Shown here: positions 53,823 to 64,000 of the stretch, piece after piece
Layout: each line of letters opens with the position of its first letter
How positions within the stretch are numbered: the stretch's first letter is position 1
From: Vicugna vicugna
Taxonomy: Eukaryota
Length of the DNA stretch: 64,000 bases
Direction of reading: 5' to 3'
NCBI GenBank assembly: GCA_013265495.1
Contig: MU058418.1
Coordinates: 1,762,917 to 1,826,916, forward strand
The notes under the pieces: model-generated
What the model was told of the DNA's origin: nothing
The model's database searches: none
What the model saw: only the letters and a program-made list of their open reading frames with translations
Made by a program: the position numbers and the translations under genes

Positions 53823-54422
53823 TGTTTTCAGGGGTTCCCAAGATCACCTTTGGGTTCAGTAATTTACTAAAAGAACACCTGGAACTCAGAAAACCTCTTA
53901 TACTCACAGTTCTGATTTATTACAGCAAAAAGATACAGATTTAAATCAGCAGCTGAAAAGGGGACATAGGGCAAAGTCCAGGAACCACCAGGCATGAGCT
54001 ACTAGTTGTCCTTTTCCAGTGAAGTCATGCAGACATCACTTACTTCCAGCAAAGATGTGTGATGATATAGTTGGAATAATGCCAAACAGGGAAGCTCCTC
54101 TGAGCCCTGTTGTCCAGGTTTTTTATTGTGGGCTGATCACTAGGCATAGCTGACTGCCCATGTGCCTGACCTTCAGTTTCCAGCCCCTCTAGAGGTTAAG
54201 CTGATACTAAATGGCCCAAAGCCCCCACCATAAATCACATTGTTAGCATGGACTGTCTGACAGGGCCTAAAGCTCCCAGGTAAACTAAAAATGTTCTTAT
54301 CAGGCAGCATATTCCAAGGGTTTAGAGGTTATCTCCCAGAAGTTGAGCAACAGCCAAACCTTTCTTTGGAATGTGAAAGGTTTACACAACCTAGACATGC
54401 TGTATTAATCCTTTACTACACA
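53823..54422 (-). mobile_element. MER21/MER77-type LTR inserted in the provirus
   Basis: caggggttcccaagatcacc...atactcacagttctgatttattacagcaaaa...cccccaccataaatcacattgttagcat...ttaatcctttactacaca. Confidence 0.8.
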
Positions 54423-57400
54423 CTGTTTTATTTTGTTTTCTGTCTCTGGAATGTGACATGCATTGCTTACTTATTTGGTTAAGGTGTCAATTTTGCTTCC
54501 AAACTTCCTCCTCAGGCATGGCTTTGACCACATAAATTTATAGTGATTTTCTGATGCAGTATCATTATTTTGATGTTTTGTTTTATTTTTTCAGTTTTAT
54601 TATGTAAGTGTGATGAAAGGTCTCACTTACATACACAAAGACCTTGTAATTTGGCTAATAAAGCTATAGTCATGTGATGCTAAAATTTATGAGTTAACTT
54701 TGTGTAGAGGCTTTGTAAAGTTCATATGGTTGTCGTTTCTTTTATATGTAAGATATCGCTCTTAATCAGTTCATATACCAAGATCAGGAACCAAGAACTA
54801 TCCAGTTCACCATAAGCAAGTTGCTTGGACTTTGTTGTTTAATAATGTGCTTGCCATATCTAATTTAATGGTATTCGAGGCATGGCCATGATTGCAAAAG
54901 CAACTTTTAAATTACTACCTTGTAGAAAGGAGAACAGATTTTTACTGACCCTATGCAAAATAGCTGTGTGGTATGAAAAGTCAAGGAACTATGTAAAGGT
55001 ATGTTGTGTAATGTTTAACAATTTTTATCATTTTGGGGGTAATTTTATATGTCATTTTTTCCAGAATCATTATTTTTGTATTTCTCTAACTATGTATTAC
55101 TTATAAGCTATATTAAGAATTTCCACAGAGTATTTTTTTCTGAATTCCAAAGGGTCTGTTGGAACATGATGCCATTTAAAAATGTTTTGTTCCAGTTTAT
55201 ACAAGTGTGGCCAACAGAGAGTTTGAAATAAAGAAGAAAGGGATTTTTCTTACAGAATCCATTAGAAATAGAACATTAATTATAATTAACTAATTTAGGC
55301 CTAGGTAAATGAGTCTTATTTTTCTGATTTTGGGTGAAGCAATCAATTTCATAAAGTCATTTGCTTCTGGATTTAAAGAATACTAGATATCCTGACTCTT
55401 TTGGTAGTCTGACAGGTATTTGTCATGCTGATAGCAGCTTATACTGAAAAGATCTGTTTCCATGAGTCTACTCCTTGTAGTCAACAGGTATGAGAATAAT
55501 AAAAGTTTTTGCTGAAGCTTTCACTCTTTTCATGTTTCTGCCAGAAGATTCAATGTCTGGTCTGTAGCTTATAACAGGGACTGAAGTCTAGGTAAATGTA
55601 AGGAAAAGGCAGAAACTGCCTATGGATGACAAGACTCAGTGGCTTAGCTAAATTTGTAAGAGCCAACAATAACAGAACAGTGGAGAGTGAAATCTCTTTT
55701 TTCTGAAATAAAACATGATCATTTGATAAGGATTTAGTTAATAATTACCTTGAGAGTAAAAATATATTATGGACAGAGTAGGTACTAGTTGTCCCCAGGT
55801 TCCTTTAATTTATCCCATAAAATATCATGGGATTGTCACCTGGAAATAAAATATTTCTTTAAAAAATTAATGTTTAAAAATAGTTATTGTGTCAGTCTTT
55901 GTATATGGACAGGACTGATTTTGTCCAACCTGAAAGTTGTTGCTAAAGTATCTTTATTTTATATTAACACATTTTACTTAAGTGCAATTAACTCAAGTTA
56001 AGCTCCTTTTACTGATTTGCAATTTCTTTTCATATTGATGACTTGATAAACAGGATGACTTTTTACAGTAGTTTTGAACTAATAAATAATCTGGATTTTT
56101 TCAAACATATAATCATTTTTAGCATTCCTTCTTTTATAGGTTACGTGAGCAAACCGTTGTGGCTGTTCGGCAGCTGTTTAGGAAACCCCAAAGACAATTT
56201 TGGTATAAAAAACATAGTAAGAATTTATTCTGAATTTGGGACATGCAGTATCAAAAAAAGTTATCAGAGGAGAAAAGATATGAGTAAAGTAACTAAAAGA
56301 AAAAATGTTACAAGCAATATTTAAAATAAACTAAGCATGAAGTAATGGTATTTATTAGGAATTTTTTCAAAGATGAAGAACTTTTGTTTAAACACACAAT
56401 TCAAAGGTATGACAAAAGCACAAAACGTTAGGCTCTCAGGAGTATTTTGGTAATATAAGACCTTCGCTATTTGTGTACTCAATACCTTCTAACTGCTTTT
56501 TGTTCCAAGTAGACATATACTCAAAGATAAATTTGTCAAATTAACAGAAAAGAAAATCCAAATTCTAATTTTACTCTTTTTGAATGCCATCCATAATTCA
56601 TAGAATAAGATTCACAAATCTTTTCTCCATCTTATGAATAAATTCACTTACTTGTAACTAACCTTATAAAATAAGTTAATATATTTGCTTCTTACAAATT
56701 CATTATGCAGGTATTATAAACCAACATAAAGTCCATTTCTCCTCATACCTTCTGCAGCCTATTGTACACCCTCAAATTTGTCTGCTAATATTTCTTTCTG
56801 GCACAACCAGGCAATTTTACTTTAAGACAAAATCAATTTCCTTTTCCCATGATATTAAAACAAAAATTCATTATTTTGCATATACACCTCTTGCCAGACA
56901 CACAAATATTCTTTTACTTTTCTTACAAAAAAAGAACATGTATACCAACATGTCTCAGTTTCTCATATTTATCTTTTCAAGCAATTCATTAATGCTCATT
57001 TACAGTGTGTAAAAGCAAAGCCAAGGGTATGTTAAAACCCTTGACCAGGATTTATTTGTTGACCCAGGGTTTATTTCATTCTCTACAAATGACTTGCTTA
57101 GATACTGTAATTTGTATCCAAGAATTATTAATTAAATGATTAACTTAATTTAATATTAGTTTAGGAGTTAGAAATTTTTCTATAAAATTTAATTAATTAG
57201 GCTTCTGGGGGTTTGTGAAAACAAACCCAAGGATTTCATAAGTTAGGATGGTATGCTAACATTTTAATTCACACTGTGATAAAAATAAGACAGACATAGA
57301 ATTGTTTTAAAACAGCATTATTAAAGCAGTCTAATTTTTCCAAGGATTCACCTTGATTACAGGAATATGAATTTCTTGAACTTTGTATTTTCTATTTCTA

Positions 57401-57750
57401 TTTTTCATACTAAATGTTTAAGAACTCTTCAAATTTTGTTTAAAAGTACTAAAATTTTCTTAATATTTTTCTATCAATTCACGTTGCATTACTTGTCAAC
57501 CTGTAAATGAGGCTATTAAGTTAACTCACAGTTAAAGTTTTTTTTTTCTTTAGCATATAGGCTTCATTAAGAGAAATTTTTCTTTAAGAGTCAACAGACT
57601 TTAATGAGACTTAGATATTTTCTTCCTTTTCTAAAAATTCTTGAGTTCTCTTATTTTAAATTTACAAAAGTGTTTAATAGTCTCTATAAGTCAATCAAAA
57701 AAGGAATTCAGTTAAATTTAAAACACTTATAATCTAATTTTCCTTCAGAG

Positions 57751-58004
57751 CAGTGTTTTTAAACCTTGGCACTTGACATTTTGAGGAGGTAATATATTGT
57801 TGGGGAAGGCTCGCCTGTGTGTTGCAGGATAGTTAGCATCCCTGGCCTTTACCCCTACTAGATGCCAGTAGCACCAACAGTGCCCCCGCCACACACACAC
57901 ACACACACACACACACAATTGTGACAAACAATAATGTCTCCAGATATTGCCAAATATTGCTGGAGCAGAAAAGAATCAAAATCACTCCTAGCTGAGGACC
58001 ACTG
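57751..58004 (-). mobile_element. MER20 hAT-Charlie MITE with internal (CA)n
   Basis: gcatccctggcctttacccctactagatgccagtagcacc, aatgtctccagatattgccaaat; degenerate 8-bp TSD cttcagag / ctccagaa. Confidence 0.9.
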
Positions 58005-60099
58005 CTCCAGAAATAGGCAAAGATTCTCAGAAAGTATATACTCTTGCTTAACAGATGAATCATATTACTCTTCTGGGAAAGCTATGAAAAGAACTCTGGA
58101 TAGTTTATAGCTGGACTTCTCCCTCTGTGTATGTATGCTATTTTTGTAGTACTCGTCCAATCAGATTATAGGTTGAGCTAGGGGCACAACTCTGGGTTTA
58201 TTAACACCCTGGTTTTGGACACCAAGCTCTTTCTCACATCTTACTAGACTCATTTTTGTATTTGTGCTTTCATAGTTTCTTTTGAGAAGGGAGAGGATAA
58301 AAGTTATGCACCCAGAGCTTTTTAGATTTTTTACAGTACTCATGAAGTTCTAGGCAAGCCAGAGGCAGTCATTCTCATTCAAGCACAAATTTAGGCTCAT
58401 TTGCAGAATGGTTATACAAACCAACCAAAATCTTTTTTTTAAGTCTCTACCCTTTGTTCTAAAACCATGTAAAAATAATTTCAAATTTTATCCATTGTGT
58501 ATATTTTATTTGATGGTAAATCTGTCTATTGGAATTAGATGCCACTATATAGTATTTTCAAATGAGAATTTTTCTGACCCATTAATCTCAAATAGCATCC
58601 TGAGGAAGAGACAAAGTTGGTTTCAGAGAGAAAGTTTATAATTGTAAATAGACTATTGTAAAAAGCTATGCCTTCCTTTTTCAAAGAGAGGAAAAGGCTT
58701 TTTTAAAAATACACAAAAAGAACCAACAATCTTGGTTTTATAACATTAGCCACAGATGGATCAATTGTAATTAAAGTACAAAAAACTCATTGGTTGATGG
58801 TAGCAGCTCCAGATCTACAATGGTTGCTCTCCATTCCAGTGGACACAAAAATATTTTTTCTTAAGTTATTTGAACTCTGTGTGAGTGGCACACAACATAA
58901 AATACAGCACAGAGGTTGTCTGTTATCAGGGGTCAGGCAACAATAAAATAAATCAGTACTATAGGGAGTGATATGAGCAACTTCCCAACTTATTACTACC
59001 CAAAAGCAAAGGAAAGATGTATCTCAGATGACAAAAGATAAAATCCTCAAGGCAAATATAAAATACAATCAGATATCCTGTCACAAAGACCTCATAAAGA
59101 CCAGACTGTAAGACCATTAAAAGCTATATTATCAACATTGCTGCCACCAAAGGAGAAATAAGTGGTTGTATACTAATCAGAACTAGCATGAAAACCAAGA
59201 TTAACCAGGAAACAAAAACCAAACAGATACAAAGAGTCAGAAAAAGAAATGGAATCAACTAGATTAAAACCCTATTGCCACAGGAGATTCACCCTAGGAT
59301 TGGAAAAATATATACCTCAAAGAGCCCTTGAGTTGCTCCTTATGGGCAGTGCAGTTTACTTGGCTCTGGCTGATGACTACACTTCCAGTAGATAAATACA
59401 TAAAATCTTGGTAGAATCTATAGAATTGTCATAGAAATAGCCAAACACAAAGCATTGAGAAGAGGAAATTTTACTTCCAGGAAAAATTTGCAAGAAACTT
59501 TTAAGTTTTAAAAGGACTGGTTCACCAAATTAAAAAATACAAAAAAGGGGGAAACCCCCACAAAATTACCAACATTACAAACTTTGTAGTTAGTCAGCTC
59601 ATGGTAGAAAAGACAGCAATTTCCTCATATGGTTGTCATAGCCACAAAGGTTATCACAAATCTTTAGCTATCAACATTGCAAAAAGTTGGTGATAAAGTT
59701 GCTTTTATTAGGGAGTCAGTACTTATAAACAACTCTTAAGGATTCTTTTGGGGGGAACGTGAACTAGGTACAGTGACACGGGTTTGTTCTGCTTGTTTTA
59801 TTTCTCTCAGGATACAAGTTGTTTTGCTTTCTGATTATGATATACACATTTACTGATAATGGTAACAAAGCATTGTGTCAGTTTTGCTCTCACACATGCT
59901 TCTTTTGGTCCTTGGTAGTTAAAAACCCTTCCCTGGACAAATTCTGAGCTGGTTTATTATTACCTAAGGTAAAAGACATAACAAAGGGAAAGCCAAAGTT
60001 TGAGAGAGGTGCTTTGGATAACAGGGATATTTTTTGTTTCCTTGAAAGAAATTTCATGTCTTTGTGGACAAAATAATAGAAACTTAGAATGAGGTTAAA

Positions 60100-61900
60100 A
60101 TACTAATGACTAAGACAAATCATAAAGATTTGATTTTGCCTGACAAAAAAGGCTGGAGGAGGAATAGAACAAAAGTTTCAGAAGGCTATACCCAAGAAGG
60201 AAGCTGGATTGCAAAGTCAGAGTAAAAATCTTTCCACAGTGCTTAGGAGACAAACTCCCACCAAACAGAGGAAGCCGACATGAAACACTTGACCAGTTTT
60301 CCTCTAGATGTTGGAATTAGCAAGCAGGGACTTTAAAATAATTGTCATATATATATGCAGGGAAGCAGGGGAGAAGATGGACAAAATGGATAAAATGATA
60401 GATAATTTTGACAGAATTGGAATCTATAAAAATAATAAAATATGCAGTATAGAACTTAAAAATCCAATAACTAAACTGGAGACTTCATTGTATAGTTTTA
60501 ACAATAGCTTAGGCTGTACAAAAACAGTTGCTGAACTTGAGGACAGATGAATTGATAGTACCCAAAACTGAAGCAGAGACAAAAAGAATGTAAAGAATAA
60601 AACTGAGTATAAGAGACATGTGGAATACAGTCAAGCAATCAAACATATTCAGTTAGAGTTGCAGAAGGGTAAGAATTACAGGATGAGGCAGAAGCAATAT
60701 ATGAAGAGATAATAGTCAAGAAAGTCCCCAAACTGATGACAGATGTCACTCCCAACATTAAAGAAGCTCAGTAAATTTCATACGCAATACAGATGTATAC
60801 AAAGGAAACCACAATTAAGTGTATCACAGTTGAACTGCTGGCAAAGATAAAATCTTAAAAGCAGCAAGAGAAAACCAGATATTACTTTGTAAAAAAGCAA
60901 CAGTAAGGCAGATGACTATTTTCTTACTGAAATCATGGAAGCCAAAAAACAGTAAAAAACAAACAAAAAACATTTAAAGTGCTGAAAGAAAAATAAAACT
61001 ATCAATTTTATATCCAATTAAAATATCCTTTGAGATCATGGTAAAAATAAAGATTTATTCAGACAAATAAAAGCTGAGATAATTCAGCAGCAGCAGACTC
61101 ACACTATGAAAAATATTAAAGGAAGTTCTTCAGGCTACAGGAAAATGAACTCAAATGGAAGCACAGATCTTCAGGAAAGAAGAGCAGAATGGAAGATAAA
61201 TATGTGGGTAAAAAAATTTTTAATTGATATTCAAAGCAGCAAAAATCAAATGTACTGTGGAGTTTGTAAAGGTAAACAGTGGCAGGAATTGCAGGAAGGA
61301 GGTATGTGGATTTAAATCATTGTAAGATTTTTATTCTTTGGACAGTAAAAATCACTAGCTTAAGGCAAACTGTTAAAAAAAATCACTAGCTTATGGTAAA
61401 CTATAAAAATAAATTACTAGCTTAAGGCAGGCTGTAATAAGTCAAGAATGTATGTTGGAATCTAGAGGAATGACTTTCAAAGTTGGTCCTTTGACTTAGA
61501 AGCATAATCACCATCTGGGAATTAGTGAGAAGTGAAAATTCTCAGGCCTCACCTAGATCTACTAAATCAGAAACTTTGGAGATGAGGCCCAGAAATCTGT
61601 AAAACAGGTGTAATGAAAAACCTAGTAGAAGAGGTAAAACAGAATGGTAAAAATACTTGATTAATTCAAAATAATGACGGAAAGGAAGAATAAAGGAACA
61701 AAAATAGGTGAGACAAGTAGAAAAATAATAAAATGAGTAAAATACATAGTAAGATTGTGCACTTAAACCCAACTATAACATCGTATTAAATGTAAATTAA
61801 CTAAATGCTCTGATTAAAAGACCAAGATTTTTCAGATTGGACTGAAGAGACAAAGACACATAGATAATTTGAAAGGATTAAAAAGATAAACCATCTGCGT
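60100..61900 (+). mobile_element. Old LINE-1 ORF1/spacer remnant with a nested MER5A-like MITE (~61470-61610)
   Basis: ORF 60308-60550 MLELASRDFKI...IELKNPITKLETSL...AELEDR; AIYEEIIVKKVPKLM near 60695. Confidence 0.8.
61347..61440. repeat. 31-bp tandem repeat x3
   Basis: atYactagctta recurs at 61351, 61382 and 61413. Confidence 0.85.
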
Positions 61901-64000
61901 GGGAATAAACCTACCTGAGGAGGCAAAAGACCTATACTCCAAAAAACATACCTACAGGCTTTTAGGAGCTTTAAAAATGCTCAAAGCTATGTTGATTTAT
62001 GTGTTTTGATAGGTGGACTTAATCCATTTACACTTATAATAGTTACTAACATTTTAAAACTTATTTCTACCAGACTTATTTTTGTGTCCTTTTTTCTTTT
62101 TTCCTACCTTCTATTGTATTTACAAGACCCATTCCTATCCCTCACCCCACTTGCTTGGGAAACTCTAGGTTGCATTTCCATTCTTTTAGTAGCCACTTTG
62201 AAGTTTTTGACATGCATTATACATTTTCCTAGAAGACTGTAAAATTACTGGTATTTCTTTTCTAAACATCCCTGCTTTAACTCCATTGAAGCCCAGTGTA
62301 ACTCCCCATTAAACACCCTCAAACCCTGCTCAAGCTAATCTTACTATCTTTTTCTTATAGCTTATATTTTACCACTTTTTCAAACACATAAAAAAGGTTT
62401 TTGATTTGTTTATCAACAGTTAATTAATTAAATTGTACTTATTTTTGAAAAAACACTATTGAAACAATTCTTAAGAATCTCTTTTCTGAGATTTTAAATA
62501 AGGGCCCAGTGCCAGCCTCACACAGAGTAGGTACTCAGTAAATGGAACCCACCTTATCCCAACCCAAAATAAACAGTTGATTATTTCTTTAACACTCAGC
62601 CTGAGTACTCAGCAGGCATGGACTCCTCTGAGTTGGATCCATTTCATGGAGAGTGGTCAAATACTGACCTCTCCTTATGTTAATTTTGTGAATATTGTAC
62701 ATGACTGTGTAGCAAGCTGAATGATGCAGGATTAAATGTTCTCATTTCTGAGCTCTAAAGTGTTGAAAGTGATCAGGAAATGAAGGCAGAATGTCCATCA
62801 TTTGGGAGAAAAATCAGGCAGTCTCTGTTGCTGCTACTCTTGGCTACTGGTTGGAATGCAGCTGTTAAGGCAGCTATTTAACTGTTTGCCCAACTTGAAA
62901 GGACACTGCCAAGTGGCAAATATTTTTTGTAACAACATCTTACTTTTGCTGAGAACAACAACAGTGTGTTTTATTGCGCTCCAGCAGTGTGCCAAACATG
63001 ACAGATTTATAACTCTGCAGGTTCACAACCTAGATGGAACACGATGCTCATTTCCATTTTTAATATTCATAAAAAGAATAAATCGGCTCCCAAAGGCAGC
63101 CTCTACACAAAACATCTCGACAGCTTATTTGTTGGAAAACAGCAGCAGATTAACTTGAGAAAATGAAATACCACTGAAAAGGAAAAGTGAAAAATCTTAG
63201 AATTGTCAAAGTTAAAAAGGAAGGCTTAAATATTTTAAACCTCTTTAATGTGGCCTAAGAGTTACTTTACCCCTTCTTGTCCAGGACAGACGAGGGCAGC
63301 AGTAGCACAGGAAACACGTCATCTCCTGTGTCCTCTGCAATTCATGGGTTTCATTCTGGGTCATGATCTATCTTGTTAATTGAAATACTGACGTTAGTAT
63401 TTAGCAAATGATTCTGTTGAATCTGACAGACTGTGAACTGGGTGAGATGGTGGGAGTAGTTATCAACTATTTTATTTAATGGTAAAAGCTGTATGACAAA
63501 TAGAAGCATTCAAAATTAAAAAAACACAGTCAAATGCCTAAGCATGATTTTCTTTCAAACCCAAAAGTTCATGGATCATGATCATGTTAGGTAGCTCTCC
63601 ACTCTCACTGTCTGCTCCCCCTGGTCAGAAGCTCATGCTTTCAAAAAGGCTTATGGAGAAATACTTTATGCTTGTATTAGGATTAGGATCCCTGTGGATC
63701 CTGTACACACCTATTGTTTGCTCCAGTTGAAGTGATATTAGATATCAGCAATAACCACCATTCATAGCATTTAGCATGTAATACCCACAAGTCTTTGTGA
63801 AGACTGTGGAGGTCAGGCACCGGGGATGCAATCTCATTCAATACACCCTCACAGCCAAATCTGGAGCAAAGATGTTTCTAAAGGTGAGCTAGGCTGAACA
63901 AGGATGGTCAATGGAGATTTTCTGTACTGTTTACTAAATGGTAATTAACTCATAGATGACAACAGTCTAGTCCAGCCATTTCTCCAAATTGCAGAAGCAT

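Larger units (their letters stand above)
53300..59816 (-). mobile_element. Ancient ERV-like provirus: two diverged LTRs (~53300-53817 and ~59330-59816) around ~5.5 kb of AT-rich non-coding internal sequence
   Basis: 53615-53724 aligns to 59606-59716 with 26 differences in 111 columns by hand; homology extends on both sides; both copies end ...ctcagg..ca. Confidence 0.75.

Noticed and set aside
62802..63158. 118-aa ORF as a CCDC162 exon or novel gene
   Set aside because: Non-ATG start, no convincing splice sites, no similarity to the CCDC162/C6orf183 N-terminus as I recall it
63727..63883. Possible exon (ctccag| ... AAG|gtgagc)
   Set aside because: Stops in all three frames from the acceptor; could be a UTR exon but nothing else supports it

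Overview
AT-rich mammalian genomic DNA, most likely a camelid, judging by four copies of a short tRNA-derived SINE of the vic-1 type. The window holds the complete coding region of CEP57L1 on the + strand: 10 GT-AG exons from ATG 28348 to TAA 45029, phases all consistent, 473 aa (456 aa with an alternative acceptor), and a candidate AATAAA at 45736. The first ~28 kb has no CpG island and looks like the long 5' intron. The rest is mostly interspersed repeats (L1, L2, MIR, MaLR/ERV LTRs, hAT MITEs). The least obvious signals are: (i) a heavily decayed Gypsy/Ty3 pol fossil (RT, RNase H, integrase motifs in order) at ~7.8-11.45 kb, split by L2 and MIR insertions; (ii) a near-palindromic RFX X-box plus splice donor at ~47.35 kb, probably the promoter of the next gene (CCDC162 by recalled synteny); (iii) an ancient two-LTR provirus at ~53.3-59.8 kb; (iv) an in-frame alternative acceptor toggling a 17-aa CEP57-like segment. 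I found no convincing wholly new biological system. Repeat family names come from recalled consensus sequences and repeat boundaries are approximate.
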